The position numbers and the translations under genes were made by a program. 60,071 nucleotides of DNA from Elusimicrobiota bacterium (lineage in GTDB: Bacteria > Elusimicrobiota > Elusimicrobia > UBA1565 > UBA9628): the NCBI GenBank assembly GCA_016212825.1, contig JACRDS010000113.1:1-60071 (forward strand), read 5' to 3'. Shown here piece after piece: positions 34,226-42,586 of the stretch (within the stretch, counting starts at the first letter, position 1; the number at the start of each line of letters is the position of its first letter). Under the pieces are notes generated by a model that worked only from the letters and a program-made list of their open reading frames with translations, ran no database searches and was not told the origin of the DNA.

Positions 34226-35455
34226 TTATGCAAGGGGCGTGCGCTCACCCGGCGCCTCGCCCAGGACCGCGGGCAGCAGCCACCAGCAGGAGAAGGTGCA
34301 TCCCGAGCCGATGAGGATGAGCACCGCCGCGGCGCAATACGCCGGGTCGGACGCGGAGGCGAAGACCAGCCGCATCCGGTCATAAAGGCATCCCCCGGCC
34401 ATGTTCGACGCCAGGGCCGCCAGGTTGAACACCGCCATGTACGCCGCGAAGGCCGTGGCCGCCGCCCCCTTCGGACAGGCCTGCGCCGCCATGTCCATCA
34501 AGGCCAGCCGGAACACCACGCCCAGGAAGCCGAACAGGACCGTCAGCAGGCCGGCGGATATCGGGCCCACGTAGAGGAGGTAGAGCAGGCTCGCCGCCCC
34601 CGAGACCAGCACGCCCGCGCGCAGGAAGCGCGCGGTCCCGACGCTCCGCACGGTCCAGCCGAAAAAGGCCGCTCCCGCTACGCCTGCGGCCCCCCCCATC
34701 GTGCTCAGGGCCCCGATATAGAGGGGGCCCAGCCTCAGCGCGTCGCTCTGGTAGTAGAACTGGGCCGAGCCCAGGAAAGGGTAGAAGCTCCACAGGAACA
34801 TCATGAGGCACAAGGCCCAGAAGCGCTTGCGCCGCGCCAGCCCCAGCAGGCTGCGCAGGCCCTCGCGCGCCGGTTCCCGCGCGGGCAGTTCCTCCACCCA
34901 GACCGCCGAGCCGGCGATCAGGAGCGGGAACAGCGCGGCCAGGATGAAGACCGTGCGCATGGAGGCGTGCGCGGAGAGCCAGCCCCCGCCCAGGCCGGTC
35001 AGCACCAGGGTCGCGTAGAGCGTGCCGATCTGCACCGCCTGATAGGTCCCGGTCTTGCCCGCGGTCTTGCCCACCTGCACCATCACCCCGTCGCAGACCA
35101 CGTCGCAGAACACCACCGAGAAGTTCACGGCCGTCAGGAGGAGCAGGAGCGGCGCGTAGCGGTGCGCCGGATGCAGGGCCAGGGCCAGCCAGCAGACCGA
35201 GCCCAAAAGCGCCCCCAGGACCAGGTGCGGCCGCCGCAGGCCCCCCGGCAGGCGCACCAGGTCCGTGAGCAGGCCGAAGAGCGGCTTGATGAGGAAAGGC
35301 GCCGTCATCCAGGCGACGAACCCTGCGGTCTCGCCCGCCGAGAGCTTGAGGCCGTCCTTGAGCAGGTAGTTCACCGGCTCATAGACGATGCCGGCCATGC
35401 CCTGGGCGAGATAGTTGACCGCGCAGAAGAGGTAGAGACGGTCGAAACCGGTCAT
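34226..35455 (-). CDS. MFS-type transporter (resembles the folate-biopterin transporter BT1 family)
   Basis: 409 aa with ~12 predicted TM helices. The N-terminus LYLFCAVNYLAQGMAGIVYEPVNYLLKDGLKLSAGETAGFVAWMTAPFLIKPLFGLLTD is reminiscent of BT1 family members. Confidence 0.6.
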   Translation of the reverse strand: MTGFDRLYLFCAVNYLAQGMAGIVYEPVNYLLKDGLKLSAGETAGFVAWMTAPFLIKPLFGLLTDLVRLPGGLRRPHLVLGALLGSVCWLALALHPAHRYAPLLLLLTAVNFSVVFCDVVCDGVMVQVGKTAGKTGTYQAVQIGTLYATLVLTGLGGGWLSAHASMRTVFILAALFPLLIAGSAVWVEELPAREPAREGLRSLLGLARRKRFWALCLMMFLWSFYPFLGSAQFYYQSDALRLGPLYIGALSTMGGAAGVAGAAFFGWTVRSVGTARFLRAGVLVSGAASLLYLLYVGPISAGLLTVLFGFLGVVFRLALMDMAAQACPKGAAATAFAAYMAVFNLAALASNMAGGCLYDRMRLVFASASDPAYCAAAVLILIGSGCTFSCWWLLPAVLGEAPGERTPLA

Positions 35456-35511
35456 GGGGAGGAAGAGGGCAGATTCTAGCAGTTTGCCTGGTTTCTATGT
35501 AGAATCACATC

Positions 35512-35958
35512 ATGCTGACGAAAGTCCTGCTCATCCTCTTCTGCGCCCTGGCCCAGGCCCAGGACGAGCCCGCTCAAGAGAAGGAGGCCTCGCCGGAGCC
35601 GATATACGCCGCGTCCATGAGCATAGACGACGCGCGCATGAACTTCGCCACCGTGGTGGAGAGCTTCATCGCGGCGCGCAGTCCGAAAGGCTACTGGCCC
35701 CTCAAGCAGAAGAGCTCCGCCCGGGTCCTCCACCTGAGGCTCGAGAAGGTCCTCCCCAAGACCGTGCGCAAGGCCGGGGGCGGGAACGTCTACACCGGCC
35801 GCGCGGCGCTGTGGGAAGTCGACGAGGACTTCGCGGTCCAGGCGGATTTCACCGTGGACCTCGGCGGCCGGCGCTGGGAGGTCAAGAGCATGCGCCTGGT
35901 CTCGACCCCTCCCGCGCGCGTCCCGCGCCGCAAGGCTCCGCCCGCGGGGAAGCCCTGA
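35512..35958 (+). CDS. Secreted hypothetical protein
   Basis: 148 aa with signal peptide MLTKVLLILFCALAQAQ. The composition is balanced. No family was recognised. Confidence 0.45.
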   Translation: MLTKVLLILFCALAQAQDEPAQEKEASPEPIYAASMSIDDARMNFATVVESFIAARSPKGYWPLKQKSSARVLHLRLEKVLPKTVRKAGGGNVYTGRAALWEVDEDFAVQADFTVDLGGRRWEVKSMRLVSTPPARVPRRKAPPAGKP

Positions 35959-36654
35959 TCAGCGCAGGACCAGCATCGTCAGCTCGAAGATCGCGACGCA
36001 GGGCACGGCCAGGGCCAGTTGGGAGACCAGATCCGGGCCAGGCGTGAGCACGGCGGCGAGCACGAAGGCTCCCAGGTAGACGAAGCGCCAGCGCTCGCGC
36101 AGGGCCCGCCGGGAGACCAGGCCCAGGCGGTTGAGTACCACCAGGCCGATGGGCACCTGGAAGACCCCGCCGAAGGCCAGGGCCAGGCTCGTCACGAAGC
36201 CCAGGTAGCCGCTCAAGGTCATCAGCGGCCGGATGTCCTCGCTGCCGAAGGCCAGCAGGAAGCGCATGGCGGCCGGCACCACCACGAACAGGGCCAGGGC
36301 CGCGCCCAGGGCGAAGAGCAGGTAGGACGCCGCGGCCAGGGCGGAGGCCAGGCGGCGCAAGGACGGGCTCAAGGCCCGGGCCACGAAGAGCCAGACCTGA
36401 TGGAAGATCAAGGGCAGGGCGGCCAGGAAGCCCAGGAAGGCCGCGGCCTTGAGGCGCACCGTGAAGGCCTCGGCGGGCATGGTGAACACCACGCCGCCCG
36501 CGCGCCGGGCCAGCCAGCCCAGCAGCCGGCCGGAGGATGAGTAGCACAGGGCCATGCCCGCGGCCCAGAAGAGCAGGCTGTAGATGAGCCGCAGGCGCAG
36601 CTCGACGAGGTGCGCGGTCAGCGGCTCGGCCGGGTCGTCCATCTTAGAAGACAT
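35959..36654 (-). CDS. tatC: Twin-arginine translocase subunit TatC
   Basis: 231 aa. LTAHLVELRLRLIYSLL..., six TM helices, and the FGSEDIRPLMTLSGYLGFV and PGPDLVSQ motifs are typical of TatC. The start may instead be the ATG at 36642. Confidence 0.9.
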   Translation of the reverse strand: MSSKMDDPAEPLTAHLVELRLRLIYSLLFWAAGMALCYSSSGRLLGWLARRAGGVVFTMPAEAFTVRLKAAAFLGFLAALPLIFHQVWLFVARALSPSLRRLASALAAASYLLFALGAALALFVVVPAAMRFLLAFGSEDIRPLMTLSGYLGFVTSLALAFGGVFQVPIGLVVLNRLGLVSRRALRERWRFVYLGAFVLAAVLTPGPDLVSQLALAVPCVAIFELTMLVLR

Positions 36655-37084
36655 ACTGGCAGGCGTGGTGCTCTTCCTTCCCAGGGCTCCAGGGCAGCAC
36701 CGTCACGCGCACCCCCAGTTCCCGGACGGCGGCCTCCGTGGCCGCGTCCGGCAGCCTCTGGTCGTAGCCCAGGGCCAGGATGTCCGGCCTCTCACGGCGC
36801 AGGCTCTCGGCGAAGCTCCCGGCCTCCCCCACCACCACCCTGTCGGCGACGCCCAGAGCCCGCAGACGGCGCAGGCGATCCCGGGCGGGAACGGCGTTGG
36901 GCTTGTGGTTGTGGCTGTCGTGGGCCAGGACCACGACGAGGCGCCCGCCCAGGGCCTGGGCCAGGCGCAGGGTGCGCAGATGGGCCTTGTGCACCCGATT
37001 GAAGCAGCCGGCCACGAAGACCGTGGCCCGACGGGCTCCGGCCTCAGGCTTGCGGGGTCTTCTTGGTGTCCTTCTCTTCTTCAA
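36644..37084 (-). CDS. Cytidylyltransferase-like nucleotidyltransferase (RibL/FAD-synthase-like fold), start uncertain
   Basis: 146 aa from a TTG start. [36 protein letters not shown]...[15 protein letters not shown]...[10 protein letters not shown] follows the (H/T)xGH-type nucleotidyltransferase layout, with HKAH in place of HxGH. It overlaps the tatA 3' end by 41 nt if the TTG is used. Confidence 0.5.
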   Translation of the reverse strand: MKKRRTPRRPRKPEAGARRATVFVAGCFNRVHKAHLRTLRLAQALGGRLVVVLAHDSHNHKPNAVPARDRLRRLRALGVADRVVVGEAGSFAESLRRERPDILALGYDQRLPDAATEAAVRELGVRVTVLPWSPGKEEHHACQYVF

Positions 37085-37223
37085 GCCCCTCGCGCATGCC
37101 GTGCTTGAACTCCCGCACGGCCCGACCGCAGGCCTTGGCGAGCTCCGGGATCTTGTTCGGCCCGAAGAGCAGCAGGGCCACCAGGACGATCAGGAGGATT
37201 TCGCCGTAACCGAGATTGCCCAT
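37044..37223 (-). CDS. tatA: Twin-arginine translocase subunit TatA/E
   Basis: [42 protein letters not shown] is the canonical TatA TM plus amphipathic helix. The track ORF 37044..37238 is trimmed to the ATG at 37223. Confidence 0.9.
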   Translation of the reverse strand: MGNLGYGEILLIVLVALLLFGPNKIPELAKACGRAVREFKHGMREGLEEEKDTKKTPQA

Positions 37224-37277
37224 TCCAGTGCACCTCACAGGCGGCCCGCGACGGCCGCCAGATCCATTCTACCATAA

Positions 37278-38267
37278 ATGATAAAATACCCCATGGCCGT
37301 GGACATGCGCTTCGTCCTGACCGGCGCCAAGAGGGTCTTCGACTCGCGGCCCATGTACGCCCAGCTCGTGGTCACGGACGACTGCAACCTGACCTGCGCC
37401 TACTGCGACGAGTACACGGCCAAAGCTCCCCTCCCGCCTTTGGACGAGCTCAAGCGCCGCGTGGACATCCTCGACCGTCTGGGCGTGCAGGTCTACGACC
37501 TGCTGGGCGGCGAGCCCCTCCTCCACCCGGGCCTGCCCGAGCTGGTGCGCCACGCCAAGTCCAAGCGCGGCGGCTCCAACCTGGTCACCATCATCAGCAA
37601 CGGCTTCCTGCTCACGGAGCGGATCGTCCGGGACCTCAACGCCGCGGGCCTGGACTTCATGCAGGTCTCCGTGGACTCCATAGAGCCCACGAGCCTCTCG
37701 CAGAAGGCGCTCAAGACCCTCATGCCCCGCCTGGAGATGCTTGCCAAGGAAGCCCGCTTCCAGGTCGAGGTGCAGACCGTGCTCAACGAGACCACGCGGG
37801 ATTCCTACGCGCAGTTCCGCGACATGCTCCAGGGCCTGCCCTTCGCCTTCGGCTTCTCCATCATGCACGGCCGCGGCGGCCGCATCGCCATCCAGGGTTC
37901 GGAGTACCTGTCTTTGCTCGAAAAGTACGGGGTCTTCGAAGGCGTGAACTTCTACGGCCAGCACCTGCGCGAGATGCTCAAAGGGGATTTCTCCCGCCCC
38001 TGGCGCTGCCTGGCCGGCTTGAAGTTCCTTTACGTGAATGGGAAAGGCGAGGCCCAGTGGTGCGGCCAGCAGAGGGACTGCCGGCGCAAGGTCGAGGACA
38101 TAGACCTGGCCTGGCTGCGCTCCAACCGCAGGCACAAGCCCTGCGAGCCCGGCTGCGCCTTGGGCTGCGTGCGCCTCATCTCCGCCACCTTGGGCGAGCC
38201 CTTCCAGACCATGGGCGCCAGCCTGTCTCTTGCCTTGGGCCTGGGCCGGAAAGCGGGCGGACGCTAG
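37278..38267 (+). CDS. Radical SAM enzyme with Cys-rich C-terminal extension, unknown substrate
   Basis: 329 aa. CNLTCAYC cluster motif, GGEPLLHP and ISNGFLL are present. The C-terminal cysteines are WRCLAG...WCGQQRDC...CEPGCALGC. The start could be the ATG at 37293. Confidence 0.8.
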   Translation: MIKYPMAVDMRFVLTGAKRVFDSRPMYAQLVVTDDCNLTCAYCDEYTAKAPLPPLDELKRRVDILDRLGVQVYDLLGGEPLLHPGLPELVRHAKSKRGGSNLVTIISNGFLLTERIVRDLNAAGLDFMQVSVDSIEPTSLSQKALKTLMPRLEMLAKEARFQVEVQTVLNETTRDSYAQFRDMLQGLPFAFGFSIMHGRGGRIAIQGSEYLSLLEKYGVFEGVNFYGQHLREMLKGDFSRPWRCLAGLKFLYVNGKGEAQWCGQQRDCRRKVEDIDLAWLRSNRRHKPCEPGCALGCVRLISATLGEPFQTMGASLSLALGLGRKAGGR

Positions 38268-38329
38268 GGCCTGGCGGCTCCGCCTGCGGGAGCCTTGACA
38301 GCACCAGGTATTAGCGCTACCCTTAGCGC

Positions 38330-39808
38330 ATGTCACATGCCCCCCGAGATCGGAAGGCGCCCGCGATCCGCCGGCTCATCCCTGCGGCGGCCGCCGCCCT
38401 TGCGCTGCTCATATCCGGCTGCGCCACACCGTCCCCATTCCTGCGCGTCGGACCGCCCCAGGCCGCAGACGCGGACAGCCCCTACGCGGGCGAGAACGTC
38501 TATTTGAGGTCCTTCGTGGTGAGGACGAAGGGGAAGGACCCGCGCGCCGAGGCCGCCATCCGCGCGGACTTCATCGACTACCTGACCAAGCTCGGGAAGT
38601 TCCAAAAGGTCGTCGACGCCACCCAGGGCGGGCTCGATATCCCCTCGGACGCGTTGAGCATCAACGTGGATCTGCGGCCTTCGCTCAGCGCGAATGACAA
38701 CGCCTTCGCGCAGTATTTCTCGATCTATGTCGCCACCTTGCTCTTCCCCCGGAAGGGCTCGGTCACGGTCAACGGCAATTCCACGGTCCTGCGCGGCCAG
38801 ACGGTGATCGGCAACATGTCCTGGACCTGCACCGAGAACTACGGGCTCCTCTTCCTCGGCTGGGCCCGCACGGGACCCATCGCGGAGGCGTACCGGTCCT
38901 GCTATGCCGAGACCTTCGCCCATATCGCGGTCCCGACCCGGGCCGAGGCGGGAGCGGGCATCTCCGCGGCCGCTCTGCAGAGCATGGTCGAGAAGAGCGT
39001 CCAGAAGGCCACCGCCAAGGAGGAGAAGGCCTACGACTCCGACGTGGACAAGCCCGGCTACCAGACCCCGGAGGACAAGGACAACTTCGCGCTGGTGATC
39101 GGGATCGAGAAATACCAGCAACTGCCTCAGGCCGATTTCGCGGAGAGGGATGCCCAGACCATCAAGGACCACCTGGTGGCCTTGGGCTATCCGCGGCGCA
39201 ACATCGTCCACTTGTCCGGCAGCCTGGCCACCCGGTCCAACATGGAGAAATACCTGGAGTCCTGGCTGCCCGCGCGCGTGGGCGCGGACTCCAAGCTGCT
39301 CGTCTATTTCTCGGGCCATGGCTCCCCGGGCATAGATTCCGGGCAAGCCTACCTGGTGCCCTGGGACGGGGACGTGAATTTCCTCGCGAAGACAGGCTAT
39401 CCGCTCAAGCGCCTATACGAGAACCTCAACGCCCTTGCGGCCAGGAGGGTGGTCGTCCTGTTGGACTCCTGCTTCTCAGGCGCCGGGGGCCGCTCCATCC
39501 TGCCCAAAGGGACCCGTCCCCTGGTCAGCAAAGTCGACGTGGGCGGCGGCACTCTGGGCAAGGTCGTGGTGCTCTCGGCCTCGGATTCCAGCGAGATCAC
39601 AGGCGCCGACGAGGCGCAAGGCCACGGCCTGTTCACCTATCATCTGCTCAAGGGGCTCAACGAGAAGAGGGGGCAGGCGACCTTGAAGGCTCTCTACGAC
39701 TATCTCCTGCCCCGGGTCCAGGACGCCGCCCGGCACCAGAACCGGGACCAGACCCCGCAATTGCTGTCCTCCGGCTCCGACGGCGAAGAGCTCTCATTGC
39801 GGGACTAG
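38330..39808 (+). CDS. Caspase-like (peptidase C14) lipoprotein, paralog of 20774..22144, with unrelated N-terminal domain
   Basis: 492 aa with signal IRRLIPAAAAALALLISGC (lipobox; RR motif). The caspase domain has FALVIGIEKY, VYFSGHGSP (His) and VLLDSCFSGAGG (Cys). It aligns by eye through most of the C-terminal 250 aa with the ANK-caspase protein. Confidence 0.85.
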   Translation: MSHAPRDRKAPAIRRLIPAAAAALALLISGCATPSPFLRVGPPQAADADSPYAGENVYLRSFVVRTKGKDPRAEAAIRADFIDYLTKLGKFQKVVDATQGGLDIPSDALSINVDLRPSLSANDNAFAQYFSIYVATLLFPRKGSVTVNGNSTVLRGQTVIGNMSWTCTENYGLLFLGWARTGPIAEAYRSCYAETFAHIAVPTRAEAGAGISAAALQSMVEKSVQKATAKEEKAYDSDVDKPGYQTPEDKDNFALVIGIEKYQQLPQADFAERDAQTIKDHLVALGYPRRNIVHLSGSLATRSNMEKYLESWLPARVGADSKLLVYFSGHGSPGIDSGQAYLVPWDGDVNFLAKTGYPLKRLYENLNALAARRVVVLLDSCFSGAGGRSILPKGTRPLVSKVDVGGGTLGKVVVLSASDSSEITGADEAQGHGLFTYHLLKGLNEKRGQATLKALYDYLLPRVQDAARHQNRDQTPQLLSSGSDGEELSLRD

Positions 39809-39810
39809 GC

Positions 39811-40209
39811 TCAACGCTTGAGGCGCCGGCCGATGCGGCCCAGGATCTCCTCCGAGGCTTTGCGGTCGCCGAAGACCCCCACCCGGATGCGTATCGTAGT
39901 GGTTCCCTCCGTCCCCGGGTCGAGTTTGAGCGTGACCTTGGTCTTGTCGGCGCGCTGCGCCTCCAGACGGCCGCCCAACCCGTTCTTCTTCTTGTCCGCG
40001 ACTTTGAGGGAAAGCTCCTGCACGGTTGCGATGGAAGCGCTCCACGCATCATCCAGGTCAGCCGGGTAGGTCCTGCTGAGCTCGCCCTTGACGTAGGAAT
40101 AGCCTCCCACCCCCGCTCCTGCCCCCAACGCCAGGAAGCAGCCGCTGCATAGCACGACGCAGAGAAGGGCGAGGATGGCCGCAGGGAGGTTTCTCATTGG
40201 ATCCGCCAA
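39811..40209 (-). CDS. Small lipoprotein (DUF3568-like)
   Basis: 132 aa with lipobox LCSGC. A Gly-rich segment GAGAGVGGYSYVKGEL is followed by a beta-rich body. The start may be the ATG at 40197. Confidence 0.6.
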   Translation of the reverse strand: MADPMRNLPAAILALLCVVLCSGCFLALGAGAGVGGYSYVKGELSRTYPADLDDAWSASIATVQELSLKVADKKKNGLGGRLEAQRADKTKVTLKLDPGTEGTTTIRIRVGVFGDRKASEEILGRIGRRLKR

Positions 40210-40277
40210 GCGTGGACGCTACCCCTCACGCCGGTTCAGCCGGCGTGGGGGGCGTCTGGCGTCAGACTGAAGGAGGC

Positions 40278-40562
40278 TTACTGGGTGTTGCTGACGACGG
40301 TCGGGGCCGGCTGCGCGTTCTGTGTGTGGCCAGGAGGATTCTTGCTGCTCCAGAACTCGATGGAATTGGCTATGACCAGGTCGTACAAACCCGTGCCGAT
40401 ATAGCCGATGCACTTCGGCAGGAAATACCCTTCCTTCGCCCACTTGTTGCTTGTATCGTCCTTCCAGCCAGAGAATTTCTTGCTGGCAGCGAACGTCCCG
40501 TAGCAACCGGAGAGACCGACCGAGAGGACCACCAGAGCCAACGGTAGCAGCTTCTTCATCAT
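40278..40562 (-). CDS. Small lipoprotein (DUF3332-like)
   Basis: 94 aa with lipobox GLSGC. LYDLVIANSIEFWSSKNP matches the INSIEFW motif I recall for DUF3332. A strong SD, AAGGAGGA, lies 8 nt upstream. Confidence 0.65.
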   Translation of the reverse strand: MMKKLLPLALVVLSVGLSGCYGTFAASKKFSGWKDDTSNKWAKEGYFLPKCIGYIGTGLYDLVIANSIEFWSSKNPPGHTQNAQPAPTVVSNTQ

Positions 40563-40603
40563 TATGAACTTCCTCCTTGCCTCAGACTGACGGCGTTGGT
40601 CAG

Positions 40604-40632
40604 AAGATACTTTAACGTGAAAGGGGTGTCAA
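40604..40632 (-). promoter_or_regulatory. Near-consensus sigma70 promoter (TTGACA-17 nt-TATCTT) for the DUF3332-like lipoprotein gene
   Basis: On the minus strand, TTGACA is at 40632-40627 and TATCTT at 40609-40604. They are followed by AAGGAGGA and the ATG at 40562. Confidence 0.5.
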
Positions 40633-40633
40633 C

Positions 40634-40663
40634 AAATATCCGGCACTCCTGTGCCGGATATTT
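40634..40663 (-). terminator. Perfect 13-bp inverted repeat AAATATCCGGCAC-N4-GTGCCGGATATTT downstream of the HAD-like gene (terminator-like hairpin)
   Basis: Read directly from the sequence. It lies 24 nt after the stop of the 40687..42462 gene. The A/T-rich stem ends could act in both directions. Confidence 0.5.
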
Positions 40664-40686
40664 AGCCTCGGTTTGACCTGCGAGGC

Positions 40687-42462
40687 TCAGAAGAAGTCGC
40701 TGAGGTTGCCGCCCGGGAAGGTCATGCGCGAGGCCGCCTCGTAGAATGCGCTCCAGAACACGTACCAAGAGTAGAAGATGCCCGCCGCCAGGAGCGCGAT
40801 CAGGAGCACGGCGCCGGCCAGCTTCCAGTGGCGCAGCGGGTCGGCCGCGTCCGCAGGCTTGGAAGCGACGGAGCGCAGGACCTCCAGGGAGGCCGCCGCG
40901 CCCTTGCCGGGCAGGACATAGGCGTCGGCCATGCGGGAGTCGGCCGTGCCGCCCACGCTCAGGGCCAGCATGCCGGGCAGGGCCTTCTCCATGTTGCGGT
41001 CCGTCTCGTTGCCGGTGAAGGGCAGGGGTCGGCCGGAGAGGCGCTCGGCGACGCGCTGGGCCAGGCGCGCCAGGCGGCCGGGTGTCTCCGGGCTGCGCGG
41101 CACGTACATGTTGTCGCCCAGGGCCAGGGCCTCCCAGGGCTCCAGGCCCAGGGCCTTGGCGATGGTGCCCACGGAGGCCGATTTGTCCACCACGGAGAAC
41201 TGGATGTAGGGCGGGTTGGCCGGGTCCTTGGGCACCCGCGCGTTGACGAACACGTCGAAGCCCCGCTTCTTGAGCTCCTCTTCGAATAGGCGCGCCGCCT
41301 TCTTGATGGCGGGCTCGGGCGTGCCCACGGCCAGCATCATGGCGTAGCTGTAGGGCTGCCAGCTCTCGGCCGGGTTCTTGGCGTCGCCGGGGTGCTGGGA
41401 GGTCCCGAGTCCCGGCAACTGGGCCTTGAGCGCGGCGATGGCCTCCTTTATGGGCTGGCGCCGGGACTCGTCGAGGGGCGGGTACTCCCAGGCCAAGACC
41501 GGCTCCCCCTTGTCGTCATAGCGGTAGACCTTGCCGCCGCTGACCGCGGCCACGTACATGCCGGCGCGCGCCTCGGCGGGGATGGTGGCCAGGGACTCGA
41601 AGGCGCTGAGCTGGTGCCCGCCCGCCTTGTCGGTGCGGTCCGTGATGACCGCGACCTGCTTGCCGGACTGCCGGACGGCGGCCAGGGCCGCGGCCATCTC
41701 CGGGGTGAGCACGGAGTTGTAGGGCCCCAGGGTGTCGTCGAAATCGCTGAACACCACGCGCTTGCGGCCCGCCTCGGCCACCACCGCGGCGGCCAGCTGC
41801 GGACCGGCCGGAGGCAGGCTCGCGCTCACGCCGAAGACTGAGGCCAGGGCCGCGAGCAGGCGGCGCTTGAGCCCGTAAGCGAAGCGGCCCTCCACGGGCT
41901 TGACCGCCTGCGCCGACGCAGGCGCCGAAGGCTTGGCCGCGCTCTTCTCCACGGACTTGCCGGGAGCCGCGGGCTGCAGACCGGAGGGGTTCGCTTCAGC
42001 CGGCGCGGCCAGAACGCCCACGGAGACCTCGCCGGAGCCGGAGACCGAACGCCGGCCCGTGATGATGTCCTCGATGCGCTGTCCGCCGGAGGACGCTGAC
42101 TCGGAGCCGATGTCGGGCTTCTGGAGCGCGGTGATCTCGGCGGAGACCTCCTGGGAGAGCTGGACCATCGGCGCCACAGGCTTCTCGGCCTGAGGGGCGG
42201 CGGCGAGCGGGACCTTGACCGAGGGAGCGGCGACCGACGGGGCCAGGGCGGAGGGAGCAGTGGTCAGCCCTGGAGCCGAAAGGGAGGCGGAGGGCGAGCC
42301 GAGCGCGGAGCGCCCGATGTTGATCCCGGCCGGCCCCTGGATGGGCGCGGCGCCGCCTTCCCCGACGGCCGTCTTCATGGCTCCGGCCGCGGCCGGCAGG
42401 GGAGAGAGCAGGAGCGTCAGGATCGAGAGGCTGGCGAGCCGTCGGATGGCCTTGATGGTCAT
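40687..42462 (-). CDS. HAD-IIB-like hydrolase with signal peptide, long Ala/Ser/Pro-rich region and C-terminal TM anchor
   Basis: Track ORF 40687..42786 is trimmed to the ATG at 42462 (MTIKAIRRLASLSILTLLLSPLPAAAGA). HAD motif I is VVFSDFDDTL. The later GDNMY region is probably motif IV. The C-terminal helix is WKLAGAVLLIALLAAGIFYSWYVFW. Confidence 0.65.
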   Translation of the reverse strand: MTIKAIRRLASLSILTLLLSPLPAAAGAMKTAVGEGGAAPIQGPAGINIGRSALGSPSASLSAPGLTTAPSALAPSVAAPSVKVPLAAAPQAEKPVAPMVQLSQEVSAEITALQKPDIGSESASSGGQRIEDIITGRRSVSGSGEVSVGVLAAPAEANPSGLQPAAPGKSVEKSAAKPSAPASAQAVKPVEGRFAYGLKRRLLAALASVFGVSASLPPAGPQLAAAVVAEAGRKRVVFSDFDDTLGPYNSVLTPEMAAALAAVRQSGKQVAVITDRTDKAGGHQLSAFESLATIPAEARAGMYVAAVSGGKVYRYDDKGEPVLAWEYPPLDESRRQPIKEAIAALKAQLPGLGTSQHPGDAKNPAESWQPYSYAMMLAVGTPEPAIKKAARLFEEELKKRGFDVFVNARVPKDPANPPYIQFSVVDKSASVGTIAKALGLEPWEALALGDNMYVPRSPETPGRLARLAQRVAERLSGRPLPFTGNETDRNMEKALPGMLALSVGGTADSRMADAYVLPGKGAAASLEVLRSVASKPADAADPLRHWKLAGAVLLIALLAAGIFYSWYVFWSAFYEAASRMTFPGGNLSDFF

Positions 42463-42535
42463 GCGGAGATTATAGCCTGGCTCGTCGGCGGAGGCCTGGG
42501 TCGATGGGGCAGGCGGCGCGGTTTTTTGGCCTAGG

Positions 42536-42586
42536 CCTTTGGGCCTATTCGTCTCTGGGCCCTCTGGCCCTTTTGGGGCCCAAAGG
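42536..42586. promoter_or_regulatory. 10-bp inverted repeat CCTTTGGGCC-N31-GGCCCAAAGG in the divergent intergenic region upstream of the S8 protease
   Basis: Read directly from the sequence. The right arm abuts a candidate -10, TATACT, at 42594-42599. The region also holds several GGGCC/GGCCC motifs. Confidence 0.3.
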
